From a virus (taxonomy: Duplodnaviria; Heunggongvirae; Uroviricota; Caudoviricetes): DNA of 49,422 nucleotides. Location of the stretch: positions 128,001 to 177,422 of IMG/VR virus record IMGVR_UViG_3300020048_000019; one strand, written 5' to 3'. Shown piece by piece: positions 29,222-39,034 of the stretch (position 1 is the first letter of the stretch; each line of letters starts with the position of its first letter). The position numbers and the translations under genes were made by a program. Under the pieces are notes generated by a model, which was given only the letters and a program-made list of their open reading frames with translations, did not search any database and was not told the origin of the DNA.

Positions 29222-30280
29222 ATGGGAAAACCCTTTGACATTTCAAAATTCCGCAAGGAAATTACCAAGAGCATTGAAGGCCTGAGTATTGGCTTCAACG
29301 ATCCCACAGACTGGATCAGCACAGGCAACTATGCACTCAACTACTTGATCTCTGGAGACTTTAACCGTGGTATTCCGCTGGGCAAAGTAACTGTGTTTGC
29401 TGGAGACTCAGGAGCAGGCAAGAGCTATATCTGTTCAGGTAACATTGTGAAACATGCGCAAGAACAAGGCATCTTTGTTGTGTTGGTTGACAGTGAAAAC
29501 GCTCTAGACGAAAACTGGCTCAAAGCACTCGGAGTTGATACCAGCGAAAGCAAATTGCTCAAATTGAGTATGGCCATGATCGACGATGTTGCCAAAACAA
29601 TCTCCACATTCATGAGTGACTACAAGGCTTTGCCAGATGGTGAGCGTCCCAAGGTACTGTTTGTGATTGACTCACTGGGTATGTTGCTTACCCCCACAGA
29701 CGTTAATCAGTTTGAAGCCGGCGACATGAAGGGCGACTTGGGTCGTAAACCCAAGGCACTTACCGCTCTGGTTCGTAACTGCGTTAACATGTTTGGTAGC
29801 TACAACGTGGGCTTGGTTTGTACCAACCACACTTATGCTAGTCAAGACATGTTTGATCCAGATGACAAGATCTCCGGTGGTCAAGGCTTTATCTACGCCA
29901 GCAGTATCGTGGTTGCTATGAAAAAGATGAAGCTGAAAGAAGACGAAGACGGCAACAAGGTTTCGGAAGTCAATGGTATCCGTGCAGGCTGCAAGGTCAT
30001 GAAGACACGTTACGCCAAACCGTTCGAAGGCGTGCAGGTCAAGATTCCTTACACAACAGGCATGAGTCCTTATTCAGGTCTTACAGACTTAATTGAGAAA
30101 AAAGGCATGCTCAAAAGAGAAGGCAACAGTTTGGTGTTTACCACAAGTCAAGGCGAAATCATCAAGAAGTTTCGCAAGGGATGGGAACGCAACGATGACG
30201 GATGCCTGGACACCGTAATGGGTGACTTCGGCAACATCAAAGAGGTAAGTACTCCTGAAACTGAAGCCGAGGAGGAATAA
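29222..30280 (+). CDS. uvsX: RecA-like recombinase UvsX
   Basis: ISTG..LN..ISG, GDSGAGKS, DSE, IDSLG, TNHTY and SGG motifs. Confidence 0.95.
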   Translation: MGKPFDISKFRKEITKSIEGLSIGFNDPTDWISTGNYALNYLISGDFNRGIPLGKVTVFAGDSGAGKSYICSGNIVKHAQEQGIFVVLVDSENALDENWLKALGVDTSESKLLKLSMAMIDDVAKTISTFMSDYKALPDGERPKVLFVIDSLGMLLTPTDVNQFEAGDMKGDLGRKPKALTALVRNCVNMFGSYNVGLVCTNHTYASQDMFDPDDKISGGQGFIYASSIVVAMKKMKLKEDEDGNKVSEVNGIRAGCKVMKTRYAKPFEGVQVKIPYTTGMSPYSGLTDLIEKKGMLKREGNSLVFTTSQGEIIKKFRKGWERNDDGCLDTVMGDFGNIKEVSTPETEAEEE

Positions 30281-30537
30281 TGCATTCAGATGTAGCAAGC
30301 GAAATTTGGGGTGAAATCAAACGTTACGTAAACACAGTGGATCGGCAGGAAGCTGCTGAAACACTAGTAGCAGTGCTGATTGATCATGACGAGGATGTAG
30401 AAGACATTCGATCCGCGTTCAAGAATGATAGTGATGTTAAACGTGCGTTGACGGCATATCTTGACAATGACAAAAGTTACGATGATGAAGAGCCCGAAGA
30501 AGAAGACACCGATACCGATAGTGACTGGGAAGACTAA
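30280..30537 (+). CDS. Small acidic hypothetical protein
   Basis: 85 aa with a D/E tail; TAATG coupling on both sides. Confidence 0.7.
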   Translation: MHSDVASEIWGEIKRYVNTVDRQEAAETLVAVLIDHDEDVEDIRSAFKNDSDVKRALTAYLDNDKSYDDEEPEEEDTDTDSDWED

Positions 30538-31787
30538 TGTCTGATCAAGTGTTCCCTATTCGTAATGATGCAGCATGCGTCTATAAGTGGGGCTGGAACA
30601 CGTTTAGACTTGTTGATGCAACGTCGAGTAGCTGCCACAGGGTAACACCTGTGGCAGTTTCTTTGGATAATTTTCAAGATTTTCACAATACTCCCGAAGT
30701 ACTAAATGATCGACAGCTGATGTTGCAAGGACATTGGCCAGTTGACCGCGGCTGTGAATATTGCCAGACAGTGGAACAACAGGGAGGTACAAGTGATCGC
30801 ACCTATCATAATGATATACAAGGGCTTACTCCTGTAGATTTTGATGCCACGGGTGATCAACGAGTAACACCACGTATACTTGAATTGTTTCTGACCAACA
30901 CTTGTGATCTAGCATGCGTGTATTGCTTCCCGCAATTTAGTTCAAAAATTAATAATGAGCTGATTAAATTTGGTCCGTATCCAATTGGTACAATGCCAAT
31001 TAAAGTGATATCTGATCGTGACAAATACTTTGCTGCATGGTTAACCTGGTTAGAACAAAACTATCAAAGTATTGAGCGTATCAGTATCCTGGGAGGCGAA
31101 CCTTTCCTGCAAAAGGAATTGTGGACTATTCTTGAGTTCATGTCAACTAAACAAAACAAAAATTTAACCATATCTGTAAATACCAATCTAAACGCATCGG
31201 TAGATGCTGTAGAAAAATTTGTTAAAACTTGCAAGAACTTGGTGGCCAAAAGACATATTCGTCGAGTGCATGTCAATGCCAGTTTGGATTGCTGGGGGCC
31301 GCAAGCTGAGTTTATTAGATATGGTCTAAGTCTTGAACGTTGGCAGCAAAATTTTGAATACTTGTTGCAGCATAACTGGTTAGCAGTGTCTGTTCACCAA
31401 GTTATTACTGCATTGAGTATTGGTACTGCCTTGGATTTGCAACAAAGAATTGCCGACTACAAAGCAAAATATCCGCGCATTATACAATCATATCACATGG
31501 TGGATAGTGGTTCAGAAGAAATTTACCATTCAGACATGTTTGGGTCAGAGTTCTTTAAAGACAAGTTGGATCAGTTACTAGCACAGTTTCCAATAACAAC
31601 TGAATGGGATCGTGAATCTCGTACTAGACTAGAAGGCATTTGTCGGTTAATGGATTCGGCTCAACCAGATCCATTGCGACTTACCAAACTTCGTGCTACA
31701 CTAGATACTATAGATCAAAGACGTAAAACCAATTGGCGGACCTTGTTTCCTGAGATTGATCAATATTTTAGCAAAAACGGAATTTAA
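30537..31787 (+). CDS. Radical SAM protein with an N-terminal Cys/His (twitch-like) domain
   Basis: C..KW...SCH...CEYC; CDLACVYC; GGEP; C-terminal D.RR...W..LFPE. Confidence 0.92.
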   Translation: MSDQVFPIRNDAACVYKWGWNTFRLVDATSSSCHRVTPVAVSLDNFQDFHNTPEVLNDRQLMLQGHWPVDRGCEYCQTVEQQGGTSDRTYHNDIQGLTPVDFDATGDQRVTPRILELFLTNTCDLACVYCFPQFSSKINNELIKFGPYPIGTMPIKVISDRDKYFAAWLTWLEQNYQSIERISILGGEPFLQKELWTILEFMSTKQNKNLTISVNTNLNASVDAVEKFVKTCKNLVAKRHIRRVHVNASLDCWGPQAEFIRYGLSLERWQQNFEYLLQHNWLAVSVHQVITALSIGTALDLQQRIADYKAKYPRIIQSYHMVDSGSEEIYHSDMFGSEFFKDKLDQLLAQFPITTEWDRESRTRLEGICRLMDSAQPDPLRLTKLRATLDTIDQRRKTNWRTLFPEIDQYFSKNGI

Positions 31788-31789
31788 AC

Positions 31790-32242
31790 ATGTGGTATAG
31801 TAAAGTAGTGGCCAGTCTAGATGCGTTGCCTGATTTTATTCAGCATTACGAGCGTGAGCTTGACAGTGCAAAAGCTGACTGCAAAGTTGGTGGTTTAATT
31901 GAACGCAATATCAAAGAACTGCCGGGCATTACTGAGTATAGATTCAACCAGCTGCAAGAAATTGAAGCTGTGTTGAACTTTCTCAACATTCAATTGCGCA
32001 AGATTCGTCGCAAACACTTTCAAAAGTATCTAGAAGGATATGCCCGCGCACTTACCAGTCGCGATGCTGAAAAGTATGTGGACGGCGAAGATGAAGTAAT
32101 CGACTATGAAACTATCATCAACGAAGTTGCGTACCTGCGTAATCGTTGGTTGGGTATCATGAAGGGCTTGGATAGCAAACAGTGGATGTCGGGACACATT
32201 GTCAAGCTCAGAGCAGCTGGCATGGAAGATATATCTTTGTGA
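31790..32242 (+). CDS. uvsY: Recombination mediator UvsY-like
   Basis: 150-aa helical protein with YVDG..E and KGLDSKQW.......R..G near uvsX. Confidence 0.75.
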   Translation: MWYSKVVASLDALPDFIQHYERELDSAKADCKVGGLIERNIKELPGITEYRFNQLQEIEAVLNFLNIQLRKIRRKHFQKYLEGYARALTSRDAEKYVDGEDEVIDYETIINEVAYLRNRWLGIMKGLDSKQWMSGHIVKLRAAGMEDISL

Positions 32243-32245
32243 TCG

Positions 32246-32446
32246 TTGAACCGTTGGAGAGAAGGCAACAAGAAGCAGTTCGAAGATCCATATCAAATTG
32301 AACTCAGGCAAACTAAATGTAATAAAATTCAAGGCATGAAAATTTATCATAATTACCTTAGGGAAACAAAATATTATCTTGAAGGGTCACAACCTGACGG
32401 ATGGGTCTTAGGAAGACCAAAGAAAGATAAAGGAGGCGTAGCATGA
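32246..32446 (+). pseudogene. Probable homing-endonuclease C-terminal remnant
   Basis: IYHN....KYY.....PDGWVLGR tail resembles phage HNH/GIY-YIG C-termini; TTG start and no catalytic domain. Confidence 0.45.
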
Positions 32447-33205
32447 AGATAGTTCTAACTACAGGCGGGTTTTGACCCGGTTCATTCCGGACACCTTGCT
32501 TACTTTCAGGCAGCTCGCGAACTAGGAGACAAACTGGTTGTGGGATTGAACTCTGATGCCTGGCTGACTCGTAAAAAAGGCAAGCCATTTATGCCCATGA
32601 TTGAACGTTTTGCGCTGGCATCTAGCCTGCGAGTAGTAGATGAAGTGATCATGTTTGACGACAATGATGGTTCCAGCTGCGATGCTATTGTTCGTACAAG
32701 AACAAAATACCCTGATGCCGAGATTGTGTTTGCCAACGGTGGCGACCGTACTCGAGAAAACATTCCAGAGATGGTGTTTGATGATGTTGAGTTTGCATTC
32801 GGAGTTGGTGGCGAGGACAAAAAGAACAGCTCAAGCTGGATTCTTGAAGATTGGAAAAAGCCACGAACCGAGCGCACCTGGGGCTATTATCGTGTGCTGC
32901 ACGAAGTAGGCAATCATGTCAAACTCAAAGAACTCACAGTTGCGCCCAAGACTTGTTTAAGTATGCAACGTCATGATCGGCGAGCAGAGTTTTGGTTTGT
33001 AGCCGAAGGCGAAGCCACTGTGTACACAGTAGATCCGCACAGCACCGAATATGACCTAATGGCTAGTCCTGCACGTCATCAATCAACCTGGATCAAACTA
33101 AACGAATGGCATCAGTTGTGTAATGAAACTGATCAGCCCTTGAAATTAATTGAAATTCAGTACGGCGAAGGCTGCGAGGAAGAAGATATCGAGCGTAAAC
33201 AATGA
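32443..33205 (+). CDS. Cytidylyl/adenylyltransferase (RfaE/TagD-like) fused to a mannose-6-P-isomerase-type cupin; needs a +1 frameshift at 32470-32476
   Basis: AAGGAGG SD plus ATG 32443 gives MKIVLTTGGF then TGA; the +1 frame continues DPVHSGH...GLNSD...ANGGDR...SSS, then R.WG.Y, LS.Q.H..R.E.W and IEIQ.G. Confidence 0.88.
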
Positions 33206-33885
33206 AACCAATTCCTGTGTTTGTGGGCTACGACCCGCGTGAAGCTATTGCATATCATACTTGTGTAAATTCAATCATACGCAACAGTTCAAGGCCCGTG
33301 GCTATTGTGCCCGTTGCTCTCAACTTGTTTCAGGATTATGCTGAAACCCATACCGATGGATCTAACCACTTTATCTACACACGCTTCCTGGTTCCTTATC
33401 TTTGTGATTTTACTGGTCATGCTATCTTCATTGATGGCGACATGATTGTGCGCGGAGACATTGCCGAACTTTGGGATCTACGTAACTCTGGTCAGGATGT
33501 TCAAGTGGTCAAGCATGACTACAAGACTCGCATGCCAATAAAATATCTAGGAGCAAAGAATGAAGACTATCCTCGAAAAAATTGGAGTAGTGTTATACTG
33601 TGGAATTGTAATAGCTTTCCTAACCGGCGACTTACTCCCGAGTTCATCCAACGCTCCACCGGTAGTGAGCTCCACCGCTTCTCGTGGATAGAAGACGATC
33701 GTATCGGCGAACTTCCGCCTGAATGGAACTGGTTGCCCGATGAGTACGGGCCAAATGCCGACGCCAAGTTACTGCATTACACACTCGGCACGCCGTGCTT
33801 TCAGGAGTTCGCCAATACACCACAAGGCAATGAGTGGCATCGTGAGCGTATACTAACTGAGTATTGCCAACAAAGAGACATCTAA
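33202..33885 (+). CDS. GT-A fold glycosyltransferase (GT8-like)
   Basis: VGYD.RE, F..TRF.VP, DGD (DxD), YPRKNWSS, WN.L and HYT.G.P. Confidence 0.85.
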   Translation: MKPIPVFVGYDPREAIAYHTCVNSIIRNSSRPVAIVPVALNLFQDYAETHTDGSNHFIYTRFLVPYLCDFTGHAIFIDGDMIVRGDIAELWDLRNSGQDVQVVKHDYKTRMPIKYLGAKNEDYPRKNWSSVILWNCNSFPNRRLTPEFIQRSTGSELHRFSWIEDDRIGELPPEWNWLPDEYGPNADAKLLHYTLGTPCFQEFANTPQGNEWHRERILTEYCQQRDI

Positions 33886-34931
33886 TGATATTGCCAATTG
33901 CAGTTGTGGGTCGAAGCCCCATGGAAGAATACACAAAGCGATTTCCTGACCTTGTGGATGCACTCAAAGCCAGTGTAGCAGATGCACTGGCTTTGCACTA
34001 CGAATTACAAGACCTACGCAAACAGTTCAAAAATACTGTAGACAAAGACGACAAACGACACAACAAAGCTCTTGACGTTCTGATTCGTGACAAAGAAGAA
34101 CGATTGTTTAGGCTAGTCAAGTTTAATGATTATCCTGCATTGGTCATGGCAGCATATCCTGAATCAAAGTTTATAACTGGTCATGAATACAAGCGTCTTA
34201 AAACTCCTGTTACAGATCCCATTCTGATTCGTGGCATCACCACTGGTGAATACGCCAAACAAGCATTGGTACAAGGAAGGGACTTCTACTTTATTGAAAC
34301 AGGATACCTGGGCAACTATCGCTGTGATAATAATACCACAGGTAGAAAAATTTATCATCGCATTCAAAAGAATGATATGCAACAAAATCGTATCATGGAT
34401 GTGCCTGATGATCGCTGGCGCGAATTATGCGTGTTTAACCCTAGCCTGAATTATCGTGGCTGGCGCAAACCAGGCAACAAGATTTTGCTGATCATGAGCA
34501 CAGATAAACCATTCGAATACTATGGGCACACTCGACAAGACTGGATTGATTCCACTATCGCCACACTAAAGCAACATACTGACCGTGAAATTGTTGTACG
34601 TGAAAAAGCCGGGCGAGGTGAACGCACCAATGATACCATTTATGATGCCCTGGACCAAGACATCTATGCTGTAGTCACCTACAATAGTATTGCTGCTGTG
34701 GAAGCTATTCAGTATGGCATTCCTGCGTTTAGTTGCGCACCCACTGCGGCCAGCACTGTTAGCACAGGCGATCTGACTAGAATTGAAAATCCAGTCAAGC
34801 CGTCCGAAGATGTTGTACAAAAGTGGTTGAATAGTATTGCCTATGGGCAGTTTAGTTTGACAGAAATCCTAACAGGGCAAGCTTGGCGCTTGACACAAGA
34901 GAATGAGCAACGTGCGACCTTTAGTTATTAA
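33885..34931 (+). CDS. KpsS/capsule-biosynthesis-like (GT-B) protein
   Basis: ETGY, VR.K and VVTYNS.AAVEA...GIP motifs. Confidence 0.65.
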   Translation: MILPIAVVGRSPMEEYTKRFPDLVDALKASVADALALHYELQDLRKQFKNTVDKDDKRHNKALDVLIRDKEERLFRLVKFNDYPALVMAAYPESKFITGHEYKRLKTPVTDPILIRGITTGEYAKQALVQGRDFYFIETGYLGNYRCDNNTTGRKIYHRIQKNDMQQNRIMDVPDDRWRELCVFNPSLNYRGWRKPGNKILLIMSTDKPFEYYGHTRQDWIDSTIATLKQHTDREIVVREKAGRGERTNDTIYDALDQDIYAVVTYNSIAAVEAIQYGIPAFSCAPTAASTVSTGDLTRIENPVKPSEDVVQKWLNSIAYGQFSLTEILTGQAWRLTQENEQRATFSY

Positions 34932-35856
34932 AAGCTACCTTAGCAGTCTTCCCAAACACATCAATGGGGAAGAAAAAGTCAATGCGCTTACATTCTTTGC
35001 CCAAGGCGCGGCCAAATGTGGTGATATTGCAACAACAACTCATAGTCAGTCATATGAAACTTGCGATGTAGGCGCTATCATTGGCAATGCGTTCGATGCC
35101 AATCCAGGCAAGGTTAATTTACCGCACTACAAAGTTCGTAAAATGGTCATGGAGCAACAAGTGGCCCGCAAGCGCTATTGGCTCAGTATTGATAGCAATG
35201 TGTTTATCTACCGGGACCGGTTGAATCCACATCGTTATCTACGTTATAGTTTTAATGGTGTGTTTCCTGCTACAGGGATCTACTGTAATGATTCTGCTGG
35301 TGAAGAAAACTGGGCCAACATGCGCAGAGATTACAACATGGATCTTGAGCCATGGCGCAGCACAGGCAGTCATATTCTAATTACACTGCAACGTCCACTA
35401 GGCTGGAGTATGCGTGGACAAAACCTGATGTCCTGGTTGGAAAACACCTTCAAGCGCATTAGACAGCACAGTGACAGGCCCATTGTGATACGCTGGCATC
35501 CTGGCGACTGGAAGAACTATCCCAAGTATGCTGAAATACTAGCGCAATACAATGCAGTAGTAAGTCCGCAAGAGCGACACATCACTGAGGATCTTGTGAA
35601 CTGTTGGGCCCTAGTGTGTCACAATAGCACACCTAGCGCTGTAGCCCCCATTCAAGGTATCCCTGCGTTTATTACAGACGCTCCCAGCTACAGCCAAGGT
35701 GGAGACATTGCCAATACAGACTTTGCCTTGCTAGAAGCTCCGCTCATGCCTGATCGCGAACAGTGGATTCGTAAACTGGCACAGTGTCACTGGAGCTTTG
35801 AAGATTTGAAATCAGGCCGCTGCTGGGCCCACATGAGACAATGGGTTAAGACTTGA
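34903..35856 (+). CDS. KpsS/capsule-biosynthesis-like (GT-B) protein
   Basis: ILI.LQ, IR.HP, V.HNS.......GIP and R..W...LA...W. Confidence 0.65.
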   Translation: MSNVRPLVIKSYLSSLPKHINGEEKVNALTFFAQGAAKCGDIATTTHSQSYETCDVGAIIGNAFDANPGKVNLPHYKVRKMVMEQQVARKRYWLSIDSNVFIYRDRLNPHRYLRYSFNGVFPATGIYCNDSAGEENWANMRRDYNMDLEPWRSTGSHILITLQRPLGWSMRGQNLMSWLENTFKRIRQHSDRPIVIRWHPGDWKNYPKYAEILAQYNAVVSPQERHITEDLVNCWALVCHNSTPSAVAPIQGIPAFITDAPSYSQGGDIANTDFALLEAPLMPDREQWIRKLAQCHWSFEDLKSGRCWAHMRQWVKT

Positions 35857-36427
35857 GCTTGGCTAGTATTACTTGAGTAGCTTGTACTTGGTTTGATACA
35901 AAGTGTTCTAGCACATCAAATTTTGATGCAATGTACTGATTGAATTCAGGTCCAGTCCACTCTCTCACATGAGATCTATTAACTGGTGGACCGTTGTGTC
36001 CCAGTTTGAATAAATCTCGATCAGGGGTAGACAATACAATCAGCTTAGGGTTGCATTGTGCTATCAGATCCAACAGGGTATCAGGGTCAGGAATGTGCTC
36101 AATTACATCCGACGATACTATTAAATCAAACCCAGTAACTGGCGAGAACTGATCAGACCATTGTTTGTTGGGATAAGTGGTGTTGAGCCAATCTACAGTT
36201 TTTGTTACATCTATTCCCAGCGTATCAACATCACTGAAATTTTGAAGCAGTTTGAATCCAGACCCGGTACCAATATCTAGCACACTTTTGAACTTGTTGT
36301 CGTCTAGGATTTTTCGTGCAAACTGATACACTTCCTTTTGCCATTCGTCTTTGAACGGGGTATCGTCAAAATAATTGTTGTTTGGTCTATGGATATAGTC
36401 GTGTTTGATAAAGTATGTGTTGCTCAT
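35846..36427 (-). CDS. Class I SAM-dependent methyltransferase
   Basis: VLDIGTGSG, DVIEHI and STP. Confidence 0.88.
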   Translation of the reverse strand: MSNTYFIKHDYIHRPNNNYFDDTPFKDEWQKEVYQFARKILDDNKFKSVLDIGTGSGFKLLQNFSDVDTLGIDVTKTVDWLNTTYPNKQWSDQFSPVTGFDLIVSSDVIEHIPDPDTLLDLIAQCNPKLIVLSTPDRDLFKLGHNGPPVNRSHVREWTGPEFNQYIASKFDVLEHFVSNQVQATQVILAKLKS

Positions 36428-36441
36428 TTGATGTTATTTCT

Positions 36442-36993
36442 TTAATTTTTTCTAGTCAGTGCCCAGCACAGCATGGGGAAATCTGCTTCGTTGGCAAGAT
36501 TGTCCCCATCTTGATAATTTTTCCAATGGGTTAAATTTTCAACAACACAATCTTTGTTGCCCCAGGACTCGGATAGCTCAACTGAAAACCCACAGTCTTC
36601 TAGCATGGCTGTTAGTCCGTCCGAAGTCCAGCGCCAGTAATCCTTGGGCGCACCGTGAACTTTTAACAAAAATGGGGTTGTGATCAAAAAGTATCCACCA
36701 GGTCTCAGTATGCTATGCACGTTGCTGACACCTTTGAACGGGTTCCGAATATGCTCAAACACTTGTTCAGCTAGTACAATGTCAGCTGATTCCTTGTACT
36801 GATGATCAATGTTGCAAATATCAAATTGTGGGTAACTTACTGTGGTGTAGGTCTTGAACGCGGTTGAGCGCCACTGCTGTCCTGAAATTTCTAGGGCATC
36901 TAAATTACTCACATCCAAAGAGGAAATAATGTTTTGTGTAGCATTGTTCATGACTATTCTGCACCAGTGATTTTGATTGGATTGTTTTTTCAT
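36442..36993 (-). CDS. Methyltransferase type 11-like
   Basis: QVFEHI..P, LRPGG and P...H..P.DYWR; start uncertain (36993 or 37014). Confidence 0.8.
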   Translation of the reverse strand: MKKQSNQNHWCRIVMNNATQNIISSLDVSNLDALEISGQQWRSTAFKTYTTVSYPQFDICNIDHQYKESADIVLAEQVFEHIRNPFKGVSNVHSILRPGGYFLITTPFLLKVHGAPKDYWRWTSDGLTAMLEDCGFSVELSESWGNKDCVVENLTHWKNYQDGDNLANEADFPMLCWALTRKN

Positions 36994-37616
36994 TTCATGC
37001 TTTCTAAATTCCAAGTAAAGCTATCTACTCGTTTGTTAACATCTGTACGACTACAACTCAATTGCACACAGTTGTCTTGGCTTAACACAATGTCCACTAC
37101 GTCGTGACCAATAGCTACGTCTGACGGCAAGCATCCATTGAGTAGGGTCCAGTCAATTAATTTTTTTGCACCAATGGGCGTAATAAGATATCCGCTAGAA
37201 CCTTCGTACCAGACCCCAGCTGGCATAGGGCGCCGCGGCTCAAAGCCTGCTACTAATTTTAACACGTCTTGGAACAAGGGAAGATTGATGGGCTCTTTTA
37301 AAAATTCCACATCATGCTCAAAGATGCCAATGGTTGCATCAAGCTCCACGCAATGTTTCCACAATAGCCAATGACTTAGAAAACAACCTCGTACTCCGGG
37401 TCGATCGTGCATTTGTTGTTGACACTTTCTGTTGCTTGAGTTGATTTGGATACCCCAGTGTTCGATTAGTTGTGCAACATCAATATTGGACCCGTCCACT
37501 CCTGGGAATAATGCTATATCCCATCCATGGTGTTGCCCACTGTGCAACGCTGCCTGTGCCGGACCCATGCTCTTGGGATAGTCTGTGAGACAAATAATAA
37601 AATTTTTCAATAGCAC
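36990..37616 (-). CDS. Glycosyltransferase family 25-like
   Basis: F.GVDG, GCFLSH..LW, IFEHD and GY.I.P.GA.KL. Confidence 0.88.
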   Translation of the reverse strand: MLLKNFIICLTDYPKSMGPAQAALHSGQHHGWDIALFPGVDGSNIDVAQLIEHWGIQINSSNRKCQQQMHDRPGVRGCFLSHWLLWKHCVELDATIGIFEHDVEFLKEPINLPLFQDVLKLVAGFEPRRPMPAGVWYEGSSGYLITPIGAKKLIDWTLLNGCLPSDVAIGHDVVDIVLSQDNCVQLSCSRTDVNKRVDSFTWNLESMK

Positions 37617-37627
37617 ATTCCAGTAAA

Positions 37628-38236
37628 TTATACAAATTTCACATGCGAGTGAACATGCTTTTTACCAGTGTACACTGCATTGACCAATTCTACACCGGGC
37701 TCTAAAGTTGGAACTCTGTTAATTGATTGCTTGGTAATGCGCAGATCCATGGCAATTACTGTGTTCTCATGACTATGCTTTAGAATCAAGTCACGGTATG
37801 TGCTAACTGGATAGTGGAATCCGCAGCTGAGCCAGCTGGTTATTACATCAAACTTTACATCTTCAGGAATGTTGATGTTGTTGACATCCACTAGGTGATA
37901 GTTCTCCACACCCGATTCTTTAAGCTGCTGATCCAGGAAATCAATACTGTGATAAAACAACAGGCTACTGGGATCTTTATGCCATTTTCCATGATTAGCA
38001 CGTTCGGGATCTTTGTTCTCATTTGCATCAACGTCACCGTCTAGTAGCCAGATCTCGGTGTTGTATTTGGCATTGAACAACCTGCTTTCCCATGCAAGTC
38101 CGCAGCCAATGTCTAGAATACGCTTGGGCGGCTGATCTAGATAAGTGTCCAGTGCTGTGAATCCTGCACGTTTGTTTGCCTGGTAGCCGTCTGACCCCCA
38201 GAGTTTCATCCAATTTTTTTGATAGAATATTGTCAT
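37628..38236 (-). CDS. Class I SAM-dependent methyltransferase
   Basis: ILDIGCG; FDVI.S..S.GFHYP. Confidence 0.85.
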   Translation of the reverse strand: MTIFYQKNWMKLWGSDGYQANKRAGFTALDTYLDQPPKRILDIGCGLAWESRLFNAKYNTEIWLLDGDVDANENKDPERANHGKWHKDPSSLLFYHSIDFLDQQLKESGVENYHLVDVNNINIPEDVKFDVITSWLSCGFHYPVSTYRDLILKHSHENTVIAMDLRITKQSINRVPTLEPGVELVNAVYTGKKHVHSHVKFV

Positions 38237-39021
38237 TATGAGTACTTGAGTTGTTCGTTCTTGAATATGTCCAGCTCTTTACGCTTGCCCTTGGCGCTCC
38301 AGATAGCACTGTCTGACTTCATGGCCCAGTCAATATAGCTCATGGGCAACAAGCCGCTGCGGTAGTGCGGAACCAATTGGTCCAGAATGAACTGGTCCAG
38401 AAACCAATAAAGGTCATTTTGTTCTATGCTGTCGCGCAATTGATGTGCATAGTGTTGTAAAAAGGCTGAACTACCTGCAGTACCATTAAACAACATGGCT
38501 CCTGCCAGGTGTGTGCCGTCTTTGGGCTTTTGATACAGGTAAAAGTCTGCATCGCCTAGGCGATGCCCAAATGGTCCACGCACCAAGCCATCAACATCTA
38601 TGGCCAAACAACGCTGACCCTGTACCAGTATTTCGGCCAGTCTAGTAAAACGTGCGCAGGCATAGTAGGTTTGTTTGATCAGTTGATTTAACGCCTGAGC
38701 GCCAAGAGTCTGTCCTTTTTTGAACTGCTGGCGTTGACGATCATTTGTGAAGTCTGATCTAGTTTGCCAATATGCTGTAATTTGTGCAAACTTGGCATCA
38801 TCCAAGTACTCATACGTGCAACTGACCTGGGGCTGATTGCAAAAGTCAATCTGATCCTGTCGCGGATTGTAGATATGGATATGGCATCCCAGATCAGGGG
38901 TGTTGGTTCTGACGCTGCGAATCAAGGCACGAGCATGCGTGTCAAAATAAACAGTGTCAGCAGCAGCAAAAATAAAGAAACGGCTTTGATCAAGCTTTCC
39001 GTGGAGTGGTGGCATTAACAT
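38236..39021 (-). CDS. Nucleotide-diphospho-sugar transferase (GT-A)
   Basis: YYACARF, IDVD (DxD), AG, WFLDQ and WSAKG.RK; start probably 39021 or 39015. Confidence 0.7.
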   Translation of the reverse strand: MLMPPLHGKLDQSRFFIFAAADTVYFDTHARALIRSVRTNTPDLGCHIHIYNPRQDQIDFCNQPQVSCTYEYLDDAKFAQITAYWQTRSDFTNDRQRQQFKKGQTLGAQALNQLIKQTYYACARFTRLAEILVQGQRCLAIDVDGLVRGPFGHRLGDADFYLYQKPKDGTHLAGAMLFNGTAGSSAFLQHYAHQLRDSIEQNDLYWFLDQFILDQLVPHYRSGLLPMSYIDWAMKSDSAIWSAKGKRKELDIFKNEQLKYS

Positions 39022-39024
39022 GGT

Positions 39025-39034
39025 TAAATATTTA
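39025..39034. promoter_or_regulatory. Palindromic bidirectional late promoter TAAATATTTA
   Basis: TAAATA on both strands, located at the divergence point of two gene blocks. Confidence 0.65.

Noticed and set aside
32467-32476. -1 slippery heptamer GGGTTTT, or Sec/Trp read-through of the TGA
   Set aside because: The heptamer is not in the translated frame for a -1 shift, and read-through would not reach the HSGH frame; only +1 restores the motif
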